This document shows positions 1 through 12,134 of a stretch of 64,000 nucleotides of DNA, piece after piece. Source of the stretch: Lama guanicoe. Lineage: Eukaryota. Under the pieces are notes generated by a model, which was not told the origin of the DNA, ran no database searches, and saw only the letters and a list, made by a program, of their open reading frames with translations. The stretch spans positions 2,556,524 to 2,620,523 of the forward strand of contig MU053873.1 in NCBI GenBank assembly GCA_013239625.1, written 5' to 3'. Within the stretch, counting starts at the first letter, position 1, and every line of letters starts with the position of its first letter. Made by a program: the position numbers and the translations under genes.

Positions 1-690
1 GGTTTGTTCACTGCCATGGTGCTTGGTTTTACACTGTGTGAACGTACCACCATTTCTTTAGCCATGCTTCCATTGTAAGCATTTGGGTTGTTTCTACCCG
101 GGACTAAAGCAAATAGTGCTGCCATAAACTTTTTTTTACAAGTCTCCTAGTGCATATATGTATATATTTCTGTTGGATTTATACCAAGAAGTGGAATTAC
201 TAAGTCACATGATACACATGAACTTGGCTTTAGTAGATGCCAACAAACAGATTTCCCAAATGGCTATATCAATTTGGTCTCCTACAAATAATGTAAAATA
301 GTTTCAGTTACTCCATCTCACCGATGCTTGGTATCCCCTAGCTTTCTACATATCTTAACCACTATGGTGTGTGTGCAGAAGTACCACATTGTGATTTTAA
401 TCTGTGTTATTCTGTTGACTCCTGAAACTGAACATATAATATGTCTACTGGTCATTTTGATACCCATTTGGGTGAAATGCCTATTCAGGCCTTTTGTCCA
501 TTTTTCCATAGGATTATCTGCCTTTCTCATGTTGACTGTGGGAGTCCTTTATTTGGTCTAGATAAGAGTTCTTCATCAAGTAAATGGATTTCAATTATCT
601 TCTTATTCTATTTCTTACCCTCTTAAGAGTCCTTCAATGAATATTCTCAATTTTCATCTTAAGTTTAACATGATTTATCTATTTTTATCC
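1..690 (-). mobile_element. Old LINE-1 (L1M) ORF2 C-terminal fragment, decayed
   Basis: ORF 318..530(-) NPMEKWTKGLNRHFTQMGIKMTSRH...QIKITMWYFCT resembles L1 ORF2 [25 protein letters not shown]...QIKTTMRYHLT; flanks are antisense L1-like. Confidence 0.85.
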
Positions 691-879
691 CCCCAACCCC
701 AAATTACCTGTTTGGTGAAGAAATGCTGCTGGGAATAGAAGCAAGGTGTCTTGGCAGCCTGGCTATTCTTATTTTACATGCTTTAAATGAGGAAATTCAA
801 GTGTCAATAGTGTATTTTAGAAGAACTTTTTACATAAGGTGTGGTATTCTGCCTACAGCCAACTGCTGCCCCTATACAA

Positions 880-1360
880 GTATTCATTCAGTTAACACCT
901 ATTTTTAAGGACCAACTCTGTGCCAGACTCTGTCCTCAGTGCTAGAGGTATGACAGCAGAAAACCAAGCCCCTGTTTATGTTTTAGTAAGAGACAGAAAC
1001 CATACACAAGTCAACTAGTAGAGATGTATTGATAAGCACTAAAAGTAAAATCACAGGGATGACAGGAGTGAAGTGACTGGGGAGGGGTCAGAGAGTCCTC
1101 TCCAGGGTGATGGTTGAGCTGGGAGCTTAATGATGAGAAGTAACTGGACTTGCAGAGGCCTAGTGGAAGAGGGCTCCAGACAGAGGAAGTGTGGAAGCCT
1201 TAGTGTCTGAGGGTCACAAAAGAAGGCAGTGTGACTTGTGCACATTAAGTGGAGAGAGAGAGAGGAGATGCCGTTGAGTTGTGAAGGGCCATGGACATGA
1301 GCTAGAACATAGTGGGGAATTATATCTGATTCTCCATGTCGATAACAGTTTTGCTGCTGG
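880..1360 (-). mobile_element. L2 LINE 3' fragment
   Basis: attcattca...ctctgtgccagactctgtcctcagtgctagagg, reverse complement of the L2 3' end. Confidence 0.7.
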
Positions 1361-1689
1361 GTGTATCAATCTGCACCTACTGTTCCTTCTACTTCCAACA
1401 CTCTTCCCTTCTTCATTCTCCTGAATAGTATTAAACACTCAGGACTTGGCCCAGACACCACCTTCTCTGTGCAATCCTCTTTATCTCTCTCTGCCCCTTC
1501 TCTTTTACACACACGCACACACATGGCAGAGTGAGCCCATTCCTCCTCTGTGCATTTCACCATGAAAGCATTTCATACAAGGGGCCTGCATTTCTTTGTC
1601 CCTTGGGAAGCAGTTACTCAAAGATGGACCTTCTGATTCAGGGTGGTGTCACATGAAGGGAACACAACCATGGTTATAATATGGGGGTG

Positions 1690-1835
1690 CTTGCTGTGTA
1701 CCAGCTCCATGCTACCCATTTTCCCGTTTCATCACATTTCTTCCTCACAAATATCCTAGGACGTAGGTGCTACTGTTATCCCATTTGACAAAGAATTGAG
1801 GCTTCAGGAGGTGAAGTGACTCTTGACCTAATCCA
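1690..1835 (-). mobile_element. MIR SINE
   Basis: tactgttatcccatttgacaaagaattgaggcttcaggaggtgaagtgact, antisense MIR core. Confidence 0.7.
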
Positions 1836-1849
1836 CCTATGCTGAGCGC

Positions 1850-2100
1850 CAACTTCACCCCCTCAGGAAAGTCCTTCCTAGCTAAAATCACCTCCCACGC
1901 AAATCAGACCCTGCTCCAGGGAGACCTGCGACTCCCTGAGGTAGCCCTGAGCCCAGCCTGTCACCGTGCCTTTATCTGTGCCAGTACTGGATCATGTCTG
2001 TCTTCCCCGCTAGACTCCCGGCTCCATGGGGTCAGGCCTAGGTCTGCCTGGTTCATCTTGGTATCCCCAGAGTATAAGACATAGCAGGTTTGCGGAAGAA
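1850..2100 (+). mobile_element. L2 3' fragment
   Basis: tgtctgtcttccccgctagactcccggctccatggggtcagg...gttcatcttggtatccccag. Confidence 0.6.
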
Positions 2101-2702
2101 GAATAGAAAGGGAAGAAGATCGCACCAAGAGAATTAAGAAGGTGAAAACAGATTCTCCTGGGGTTCCTCTTCAGGATGCACAGTTCTAGAATTTCGGAGG
2201 GGGTAGAGGACTTTAGGGTCTGACATCTTAGCCCCAGAGGAAGCGAGGCCCTCCATGGCCTTCCCTCCCCACCATAAGCCTTCCTCTACCTACACAGGGT
2301 CTTTGGGCCTGCAGAACAGAGCCTCCTGAGCTGCAGAGGCCTGCTCTCCACCACCTGTGTGCCCTCCCTTCATCCTTAACTAAGCTAAGCTCTCTGGGTC
2401 CCACGCCTCCCTGCTGGGAGCTGCAGAAGCAATTAATCCTGCAGGGTTCCCTACTGTTTGGGGGATCCAGAGACTCTGGGAGCCTGACAGCTGTGTGTGT
2501 TCACATCTGGGAGCTGTGGAAGGCCCGCCCAGGCTGCTCTGAGCACAGGCTGACCTGTCAGGGTGCTCAGGAGGGGATGCCCCCTGGGGTACGGAGCAGA
2601 GAGAAACATCTCTGGGAGAAGACACTGTCTTCCTCCTCCCACAACTGTCTAGTGAGGCCAGGAGCAAACGTGCCCTCCTCCAAGAGAACATCACTGTACT
2701 GA

Positions 2703-2962
2703 AGGCACAGTGGTGGAGACAGAAGCCCACCTGAATTTCCAAACACCAGGAGATACAGCCTAGCTTGACCGCTAATGTTCTGTGTGACCTTGGGCAGGTC
2801 ACTTAACCTCTATGAATCTGTGAAATAATGGTAAATCTGGCAAAAAAAAAAAAAAAGAGTATCTCCTTTTCACAACTGTTGGGGACATTAACTGAGGTAA
2901 TTCACATAAAGAGCTAATCACAGGGCCTAGTGACACTCAATAAATGGAAGCTATTGTTATTT
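2703..2962 (+). mobile_element. MIR SINE with internal A15 run (2842-2856)
   Basis: ctgtgtgaccttgggcaggtcacttaacctct core; ctcaataaatggaagctattgttatt 3' end. Confidence 0.75.
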
Positions 2963-3411
2963 TGTGCATTGTTATCCATAGCTCTTAGGGCTGTCATTAG
3001 GACTAAACGAGATAATGTAACTAAAGCTTCTAGATAGAGCCCAACACACAGTAGTTGCTCAATAATCATTAATGTCCATCCCAAATTTGGAGTGCCACCA
3101 GTTACATGGGACTGGAGTCTCCATCCATCATAAGGTACACAGTTAAATGTTCCTAATATTTAGGTGGATGGATGGATGGGTAAATCTCAAGTAACAGGAT
3201 GCACCTCTTCATGGTGACATGGTGTACTTTCAAGTTATTTTTCAGAACAACACAAAGCTCTCATGAAGGCCAAAATTTCAGCACCTTTTTTCTAGACCTT
3301 CTGATTATCTCACTCTTTCTCTTCCCCTGATACTGCACTTACCTCGTATTCCAAACATGCACGTGGTCCTTCTTGGAGGTAATTCAGCACTGCTTACAGA
3401 TAAGGAACACT

Positions 3412-3540
3412 AGTGTTACTGCCATTTTACACAGGAGGAAACTTAAGCACAGACAGGTAAGGAAGAAAGCCCCGCAGTTAGCCGAGTGGTAAAGAGCCGA
3501 GGTTACAACGCAAGCCTGTTTGATTCCAAAGTTTCTGCCT
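3412..3540 (-). mobile_element. MIR SINE
   Basis: ccattttacacaggaggaaacttaagcacagacaggtaag. Confidence 0.7.
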
Positions 3541-3879
3541 CCTCTTTCATGAAAACTCCATCTTATTGGGGAAGCTGAGACCCAGCAAGGGCTGGTGGCT
3601 TGCCCAAGGTCATACGCATGGTTGAGGTTCAGAGCCCAGGTTAGAATACCCTCTCTTGGCTTCTTCCACCAGCCAGATTCCAGAGCAATCTTTTCACAGA
3701 CTCTCTTGAAGTCCTCTCTCCCTGGTGTGGTAATCTCTCTTTCCAGCCTTGGGGGAGCCCTGGGCACACTTTGTGGCCAACAGGAACATAAAACAGGTAA
3801 AAAACATTTCAGTTAGATTTGTTCCCTCATGCTTGGTGAGAATTTTCCAGGTCTGGGCACCTTTGAAATCTCTCAACGT

Positions 3880-4350
3880 CAGCCATCATCAGCTGTAACT
3901 GGCACCTTCACTAATAAATTGAGACTGTCACCTCTCCCAAACTGCATTATTACCGTTTATAATTTTGATTGTTCATTTGCATATGAAAATTAGTCCTGTG
4001 ACATGCGTGAATTTTATTTTATTCTTGAACTAATTATAAACAAGAATGCCACATTATTTACATAACTAATTATTGTTCCTTATGTTCCCCTGTTTTTAAA
4101 TCGGGGGCCCATTCTCCATTGGTTAACTACGCAGATGAAAAATCCAAGAACATTTCTAAAGTTTAGGAACTTGTTCTATTTGCATCAAATACAAATTTCT
4201 TTGAATGAGAGATAATATGCTATCCATTTTAATAGGCCTAAATTAGGTTGATCTTAATTTATGGTTAATTTGAATGAATAATTCCTGTCTACCTGAGTCT
4301 GTTTTTCAGCAGTTCATTGTAAATGTTTATTAACCCATAAATCTGCTTCC
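3880..4350. promoter_or_regulatory. Candidate conserved non-coding enhancer (POU/SOX/homeodomain)
   Basis: Repeat-free, AT-rich, complex sequence; two ATTTGCAT octamers (3975, 4178), each preceded by TTGTTC; several TAATTA. Conservation is inferred, not measured. Confidence 0.6.
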
Positions 4351-4396
4351 TTCCTTTAGGAGACAATTTTAAGGGCCCCCCTCATCCCGCCAAACT

Positions 4397-4595
4397 AGAG
4401 GCAGTATGGTGCAGAGGGGGAAAAAAAGCACAAGAGCAGTTAAGAAACCATGGTACAAGTCTCTATGCTGTAAGTCACAAGCTGTGTGCCTTTGGGCAAA
4501 TACCTAACCCTCTCTGAGCCTCAGGTTTCTCAGTCACTAAATGAGTGGATTGAATTAGATAGTTACCAAGATTTTGACCCTCTCTAACATTATAG
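4397..4595 (+). mobile_element. MIR SINE
   Basis: gctgtgtgcctttgggcaaatacctaaccctctctgagcctcaggtttctc. Confidence 0.7.
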
Positions 4596-5081
4596 GTTGT
4601 GGGGAGGCAGAGATGTCTAGATATCTTCTTCATCTTGCCTTTCATTATACCTGCTCCCAAATCCCTCTTTTGATCAACATCCTAAACCCATCTTCCCTCA
4701 TGGAGAGTTGACCCATTTTGTTGACCACTATAAAAAAAGAGGGAAAAGATCCTATCAAAAAGAGAACTGGAAGGGCTGCCAAGCTATTGGTGGTCATCCA
4801 GGCACTGGTGAACCACTGGGAAGACGGGGGTTGTTCAGATCACACTGCTAGACTCCATGGAGGGGCCTCCGAGCCATCAATCTTGCCATGAAGATATGAA
4901 CTGCACTTCTGTATCTTCAGGGGAAAGAACCCTGGAGTACAAAAGACCTGGATTTCAACCCCCATTTTATCCACGTCACCAAGCAACTTCCCATAAATAA
5001 TGTCATCAGAGCCTCCATTGAACCATTCACGAGAAAGGGAGGATCCCACAATTAGCAAGGAAAGGGGGCCCATGTTCTCAT

Positions 5082-5370
5082 ATTCATTCATTCCCACACT
5101 CACGCAATACAATAAACAGTTAGTGATCACCTGATTCCGGACCAAACATTGTTTTAGATGTTGCGTTTTCTGCAAAAAAAAAATAAAAACGGTAAATCCC
5201 TGCCCTCACTGAGCTTAAATTCAATTTCCCTGTTAATATTCATTCAGTCCATCAGTCAGTCATCACACACTCACTGACCACTGTATCTGGCACTCTACTG
5301 GCACTCTACAGGTGAGTGAGATCAGTTCCTTGACCTTGAGGGTCTGGTAGTGTAAAAGGGGGCAGATACT
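5082..5370 (-). mobile_element. Two L2 3' fragments
   Basis: attcattcatt...ccctgccctcactgagctta and ttcattcagtcc...gatcagttccttgaccttgag. Confidence 0.55.
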
Positions 5371-5554
5371 ACTTTGGTTATTGCCTATCACATCCACAAG
5401 ACAGGACTTCTAAGGAAATGGATACCAGAGATGTGAACTCCAAATAGGTCACAAATGTATACTTAAAATAAAACAGGTCTGGTTGCGGGCAGAAGTGGAA
5501 GTTAAGTCCTTGTTCTCCTGGCCTGGGAGGGACTCTGCATTCACACAATGACCC

Positions 5555-5895
5555 TTCTGCTAAATTGATGTATTAATTTGTTCAAACAATTTTTCCTGTA
5601 ATTAGACAGAGTGCCAAGCAGAACCCACAACAAAGGTGTCTTACTTAGCCCTGTGAGGGAATCAGGTGACCTCTCCCCTAGTCTGTTCAGTGATCAGACA
5701 ATGGGAACAGGACCATTAATTTAGGTACAGACACAGCTGTCCAAGCAGTCAAGGAGCTAAGTGGCCCCAAAGTTGCCAGTGAACTGTGGTCTGTGGCTTG
5801 ATTAATGACACAGCCTTTATTTTCCAAAGTCTCATTATCTATTTATTATTCAAAGAGGTTTACAGTTGGAAAGGACCATAATTAGAATGAGCAGC
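5555..5895. promoter_or_regulatory. Candidate enhancer, homeodomain/TCF motif cluster
   Basis: Unique block with taaattgatgtattaattt, gtaattag, cattaattt, gattaatgac, ttcaaag (5849), ataattag. Confidence 0.45.
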
Positions 5896-6197
5896 AAGTC
5901 TCACTTAGTACAGACAATCTTTCTAGGGTGCTCTCGAGAGATGAGGGCCCTCAAGCTTCTCAAAAATGCCCATCCATATGGGGCTCACCGCTTTATAGGG
6001 AAATGGAACCAAAAAGCAATGCTTTAAGAAATGTAAGAAATATCCATATGAGGAATACGCTCATCGGATCTTGGGCATTAATTGGCTGCTGCCCTTCTTT
6101 CTAGGGAAGCTCAGGGGATGCATCTCTGTCCGTGGTCCTTAACTGAGATCTTTGCCCTTGATGATCCTGTGGTTTCTCTGGCCCCTTGAACACTGGT

Positions 6198-6252
6198 GAG
6201 AAAGAAAGGAGGGAGGGGGAAGGAGGGGAAGGGAGGGGGAGGAAGAAAGAGA
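6198..6252 (+). repeat. Polypurine (G/A) tract
   Basis: About 55 bp of only G and A with several GGG(G) runs. Confidence 0.9.
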
Positions 6253-6599
6253 CAGAGAGAGACAGTACTGGAGAAAAAAAATAACTGTTTTGACATGGTT
6301 TTCAAGTAATTGCAGTTACCAAGAAAGAAAATTGTTTTCCTTTGGAAAGTCAAGAGAGCACTTCCTCCCCCTTCACCTCCCCCAACCTGTGTTTGTGAGT
6401 ACAAGGCTGTCAGCCTGTGGTTTTGTTATGTTCAAACTACTGTGTTGAGACTTGCCCTTACAAGGGCCTTGGGTTGAAGAGAAAGTCGAGGATCCCAGTT
6501 CAGCAACTAAGGGAGGCTGCTTCTAGGCTAGTCAGTAGGGCTTGGACTATGGCTAACCGCCATACTGCCATCACCAACTAGAAGCTATATGAGGGCAAA

Positions 6600-6760
6600 T
6601 CACAGAGCTGAGTTCTAACCCTGGTTCTGCATTCACATGCTGTGTGACCATGGACAAGCATCTTTCCCTCTCTGGCTCTCAGGTATTACAACTTCAAACT
6701 GAGGGAGTCAGGCTACCTAGATTTGAGGTCACTCATCCCTCTGTTGACATCCTGAAATTC
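6600..6760 (+). mobile_element. MIR SINE
   Basis: gagttctaaccctggttctgc...gctgtgtgaccatggacaag...ccctctctggctctcag. Confidence 0.65.
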
Positions 6761-6934
6761 CTCAAACAAAATGTTTGTTTCCAGGGGTGAAAGAAATGAC
6801 TACATTTCTCACGTAAAATGGCCCAAAAAAAAGCATCTCCCCACTATGAATAGGCAGCTACTGGGCCAAGCAGCAGAAATGGAAGACTGTAGGTTCCTCA
6901 GCATAAGAAACATCTTCGCCTCCCATAAGACAAG

Positions 6935-7135
6935 ATGCTGAGCATCCTGGGCCGGCAGTGTTCACCACTTTACGCACTCACTCTTCATAGCAACCCTAGG
7001 AGGTAAGCACAGTTACTATCCCCAATTTACAGATAAGAAAACTGAAGCCCAAGGAGTGACTTGTTTAAGGTCAGCTATAGGAGCTGGCACTCTAAACCCC
7101 AGCTTTTTGAGTCCAAATTCGTCTCACTATACTGG
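6935..7135 (-). mobile_element. MIR SINE
   Basis: caaccctaggaggtaag...ccccaatttacagataagaaaactgaagccc. Confidence 0.75.
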
Positions 7136-7689
7136 GCTTCCACACAAGGGCCATTGTGAACACACAACCTGCTGTGACAGGCCCCAATGACCTCAGGGGT
7201 CAAGGTTCACTCAGCCCCTCTGAACTGGCTCTGTCCTGACTTCTGGGGAACAAGTTCTCACTAAGGCCTCTGTCAACTAGTTTTCTTCTTGGATACAGGT
7301 GAGGCAGGGGCTCCAGTCCCAGGCACAGGGACCTAAGGCTGGCTTTTAATTAGGGGGCCCATGATTGTTTGCTGTGGTTTCAATAACAAGCATTGTGAGA
7401 CCTGGGGAGATCATTAAACAAGCAGAGAGGTAGCAAGGCTTCCTCAGGACTCGTGCTGGAGGACGTACAGGGGAAGAAGGACAGAGGAGGTCCCTTCTCA
7501 GGGAGCACACTGCTGCTTCCAGACCCAGGGCGAAGACAGACAGGACCAGACTTGGGTCTGTTTCCACCCCTCCCACCCAGTGCTCCCTACAAGGAGGAGA
7601 GCTACTAATGAAGCTAAACAATTACTTATCTCCTACTAGCTGTCAGTTATCGGGACAGATGGTTGTATACCTTCTTTATGCTTTTAACA

Positions 7690-7930
7690 AAAATGTGAGG
7701 TCAGAATCACTAGCCCCCTTTTACAGATGAGAGAACAGAGGCCCACACAAGCAAAGTGACTTGCCTAAGGTCATTTAGCCAGTAGTGAGGAAAGCACACG
7801 TTTCACGTGCTAATTGCTCTACAGGGGTTATACTGGTTAATCTCCTAACAATACTATGAGGACGACAGATTGTCCCTATTTCACAGATGAGAAAAATGAG
7901 GCCAAGACAAGTTTGATGAGTCACCCAGGG
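7690..7930 (-). mobile_element. Two MIR fragments in tandem
   Basis: ttttacagatgagagaacagaggc and tttcacagatgagaaaaatgaggc. Confidence 0.65.
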
Positions 7931-8094
7931 TCCCTTCCTTCTATCTCCATACTCTCAACACCAAATTCCCTCTTAAAACTTCAACTCTCATTTTCAAAGT
8001 CAATTCTGGCTGACCCCAGAGTTTATCCTCCATGCCCTGCCCGGACAGCACCCCCTTGACCCCCGTGCTCCCCGGAGATCTGTGAATTCCGTTC

Positions 8095-8525
8095 TGTGTT
8101 ATTTCCCTAGGACTGCTGCAACAGAGTACCACAAACTGGGCAGCTTAAAAACCACAGAAATTTATCGTCTCGCAGTTCTGAGGCCAGAAGTCCAAAATCC
8201 AGATGTCGGCAGAGCCAGACTCCCTCTGAAGACCTCAAGGAAGGATCTCTTCCAGGCTTTTCTTCCAGCTTCTTGTAGTTCCTTGGTTTGAGGCAACATA
8301 ACTCCAGTCTTCACCTGGAGTTCTCCCTGCGTGTGTGTCTGTCTCCGGACACCTTTCATGAGGACATCAGTCATACTGGATCAGGGCCTACCCCACTCCA
8401 GCATGACCTCATCTTAACTCCTCACATCTACAATGACCCTATTTCTAAGTAACACCACATTTGGAGGTACTGAAAGGACTTCAATATAAGGATTTGAGAT
8501 GGAGGCACACAACTCAATCCGTGAC
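8095..8525 (-). mobile_element. MaLR solo LTR, MLT1C-like
   Basis: ttccctaggactgctgcaacagagtaccacaaactgggcagcttaaaa...tgacctcatcttaact...acacaactcaatccgtgac. Confidence 0.85.
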
Positions 8526-8964
8526 TCCTTCCAATTCCACGTGTCTTTACCTATGGGGAACAGGCGAGTAATGAGGCTCTACCAGACCCTGGACCGCTAC
8601 AGATGTCATGACCCCTCCCCTCTGTTCTGCACCACCCACTAGCTTCACCCCTCTGTCCCAGAAGCCCAAGGCTCTGCTTAAGGTCCTGGTGTCATCCTTT
8701 ATTAGTGACAGCCTGGGGCTTGGCTCCATCCATGGTGGAACAGCCAGGAAGCAGAGAGGATGCTCTCATCTCTTCCAGGGAAGGTGGGTGAATATTTCAT
8801 ACAGTACAAGGGAGTGGAATTCCATACAGCTACCTCATGCAAATGCAACATGACACCTGGTAATGGGGCGATACCAGTACAAATCCAGCCTTGCAGCCGC
8901 CCGAAACCTCCTGGTAATTCCTCACATGTTGTGTTCGTGTTACTGTAAATACAATCGCCAAGCT

Positions 8965-9090
8965 CAGGCTTTCACTGTGGTCAACTGATCGGTAGGGATC
9001 ACCCCCATTTCTGCAACTAAGAAGACTGAGGCCCACAGAAGGTAAGTGGCCCTCAATCACCCAGTGGGTGAATGGTGCCCAGCTGGGCAA
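8965..9090 (-). mobile_element. MIR SINE
   Basis: ccccatttctgcaactaagaagactgaggcccacagaaggtaagtggc. Confidence 0.65.
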
Positions 9091-9749
9091 GAGCCAAAGA
9101 AGCAGAGAAGGAATAAGGAGGGCTGGTTCCCAATGCCACATCTGGAAAGAGGTGGAAGCAAGACAAATGGGGCTCAGTGGGCCAAGCCCTGGGGGTGGGA
9201 TGAGGAACAGATGTAGTTAAGACAGAAAAAGAGCTAAGCGGCAGGATACAAGAAAGAAATGGAGCCCAAGGAGATGAGTGGACCTGGGCTGCCAGGGGAG
9301 GAAGAAACCCCAAGTCAGGCATCGAGAGGTGGGGTCCTGGGTTTTGACAAAGAGAGATACCAAGCCGGAGGGAGAGTGCATCCATACTTCCTGATTGGCC
9401 CAGCCAATGCCTGGGAGGTGAAAAGCATCCAATCCCTAGGATGAAAACTGCATCAGGGCAGCCTCCTGTTTTGGTAGAAAATCTATAGCACTTAAGAAGG
9501 AACCAAAACTAGAGCCTAGATGGAGGAGTGGGAGCAATGGTTGGTTATTCTCCTTCTGGCCTCCACCCCCCCCCACTTCCTTCCCTGCTCTGCTCTTGAC
9601 TCTCAGGCGGCTGACCCATGAAGACCACATCACCTCGTCTTCTAACTTGGGTAAGGTAGTGAAGCCAATGGTGGGAGGTGGGGGAAAATCAGCCAGGGCC
9701 AGATACTCAAAAAACCAATGGAGATCTCACCACAAAGAGGAGAGGGACT

Positions 9750-9925
9750 TCTTAAGGATGAAGCCATCAGAGAGAGAAGAGGCGTTGAAAGATAAATGTC
9801 TGTGTTTATTCAGGCACCTGGATCCAGCCATGCCTGAAGGCCTGCTTTGAGAGTTTTTAATTTGATGATCCAATAAATTTCCTTTTCCTTTAAGCTAGCT
9901 TCTGTATCTAAGCGTCCTGACTGGC
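9750..9925 (+). mobile_element. MaLR LTR 3' fragment (MLT1J/K-like)
   Basis: gcacctggatccagccatgcctgaag...ccaataaatttccttttcctttaagctag. Confidence 0.55.
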
Positions 9926-10289
9926 TCACGTGATCCTGTGGTACTGTAAAATGAGTTAATTTGTATGCGATTGGACCACCCAGAGTTTTAATCACAGCTC
10001 TGCATGACATTGGCAAGACATACCAATCTCTGGCTCTATTCTTTCACATCTGCAATCTCCCAGGGAGAAAAATAAATTATTAAATAAAATAATAGCTATT
10101 AAAGCATCTAGATTATACTAGATAACACCCAATAAATGAGAGTTTACCTAAAAAATCTCCCTTTACTAGGTCCCAAGATCCTAATAAGGAAAATGTGGAC
10201 CTCAACACTGATGAGTTTGTATTCCATATACTCTCTTATACTGTCATGCTCTCCCATACCCCTTGGGATATTAGTAAAAACTATCATCC

Positions 10290-10445
10290 TGTGTGAATTT
10301 TGTGCAAGTGGCACAATCTCCCTGGGTCTCAGTTTCCTCAAATGCATTATTTACCAAATGTTGTGAAATTGAGTTAATAGGTATAAAGTGTTAGAACATG
10401 GTCTGGGATGTAATACATGCTGAATAAATGCTGGTTATTTTATTG
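10290..10445 (+). mobile_element. MIR SINE
   Basis: ctgggtctcagtttcctca...tgaataaatgctggttatt. Confidence 0.7.
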
Positions 10446-10474
10446 GTGGAGGTGGTGGTTTTAAGAAGAAGTAC

Positions 10475-10665
10475 TGTTTATCATTTCTGAGAGCCTACTC
10501 TAGTTTTATTCATACACCATCTCATCTAGACCTTGACAATATAACTCTGTGAGGTCAGTGATAATGTCCCAATTGCACAGATGCAGAAACAGCTCAGAGA
10601 AGTTGAGGTGTTTACCTGCGTGTTGATTTGAATACATGTGCCCTGACCCAAGCTCAATTTGTTTG
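10475..10665 (-). mobile_element. MIR SINE
   Basis: aactctgtgaggtcag...cccaattgcacagatgcagaaacagctcagagaagtt. Confidence 0.65.
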
Positions 10666-11339
10666 AGGACAACCTGGTGTTGCCTTCCCAGGGTGGCGTC
10701 CCCACCTGTGTTCAGCCAGCCACAATCTCTGAACTTAGAAAGGCATCTTTTTGGCACTCAGCAGGTGCAAGCTCTCCAGAGAAGTTTGCTTCTCCAGTCG
10801 TCTCCCTTTGCAAGCACACTTTCTGTTCCTGTGAATGAAACTCGCTAAATGGTATGGTGTCTGCTCTAATTATAGGCTCCCCAGCCTGTGCCAAAAGGAA
10901 GCTGGTTAATGTACACTTGAGTAGATTTCAAATCGGATTTTGTGAGTCCCCAGCATGAGGAAAGGAGGCCAAGTTCTCCTCTGGAAGAAAATAACAGGAA
11001 ATGCTGGCATCATGTGTGTTCCCGGCTTCTCTCCTGCTGGAGAAGGTGATGCCTTCTGTTTCCCAGGTTACAGAGCCCTCTCTCCAGCTTCTTTTCCTCT
11101 GTCTCTAGCCTTTTCCCGGAGCTGGGAAGCTAGGGGGGAAGAATGGGAGAAGCAATCCAAGGTGCTGAAACGGAGGCAGTGTAGCTAAGTACAAAACTAC
11201 TTTGGAATCAGAGGAAACTAAATTCTGAATTCAGTTCTGCTTCATTTCCGCTTTCGCCACCTTTCTGAGTCTCCAGCTCATCTTCTATCAAACAGGGGTG
11301 CCAGTCCTTTCTCCACGATGATCCAAGGATGTGAGCTGC

Positions 11340-11800
11340 AGTGTTTATTTAACATTTGTCCAACATTTATGTGTGGCTTCTTTTGTGCTACATTGCACCA
11401 GTTACAGCTATGAATGAGATGTGGTCCTGGGATCTTCAGAACTCCTGGTCCAGCCAGGTGCAAGCTATTTTTTTTCACAGTTGAGTAAAGGTAGATTTAT
11501 TTAGAGAGATGTATACTGCATAAAGTGTAAAGCAAAAGAAAAGCAAGGAAAAAGGTGTGGCAGTTGGGTGCTCAGGTTAAAGTAAAAGTAGATACACACT
11601 CCACAGACAGAGTGGGGGCCGTCTCCGAAGAGGAGGGAGAGAAAAGGGGCCCAGGTGCAGGCCATCTGATGTTTATCATACATTGTGATGAGAGGAAAGG
11701 GCTCTACAGGAAGGAGGGACACCTTATTCTAGAACTGGTGTATCCAGGAAGACTTCCTGGAGGGGATGTAGCTAGGCTGCAACCTCAAGGATGACCCAAA
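11340..11800 (-). mobile_element. L2 fragment split by the insertion at 11468-11650
   Basis: tttatttaac...gctatgaatgagatgtggtcctgg on the left; ccaggaagacttcctggagggg on the right. Confidence 0.6.
11468..11650 (-). mobile_element. Processed (polyadenylated) retrocopy of an ERV1-type LTR R region
   Basis: Minus strand ends ...ctctaAATAAAtctacctttactcaactgtg-A8; flanked by ccaggtgcaagctat (11454-11468) and ccaggtgcaggccat (11651-11665). Confidence 0.65.
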
Positions 11801-12134
11801 TTAAAGAAGGATAGGAGAAACGGTGCACTCCTTTACATGATAAGAGCCCATGTGAGGTCCCAGACAGGAAAAGAAGACAACACACTCCAGAAACTTCATT
11901 CAGAATGGCCACAAATCAGGGTAGGGGGAATGGCCACAATGGCCAAAATACAGAAATGTTTTTTAAAAACCATGGAATTCAATAGAGCCCATCCAAATAA
12001 CATTAACAAAGAACACATTTTTTCTCTGGTCTATCTCTGGCACTAATTTATAAGCTGTTCAAGGACAAAACTGTCTTAATCATATCTGTAAGTCCTATAT
12101 TCTTTTTTACGTTTATTTTTGGGTTTTAAGTATC

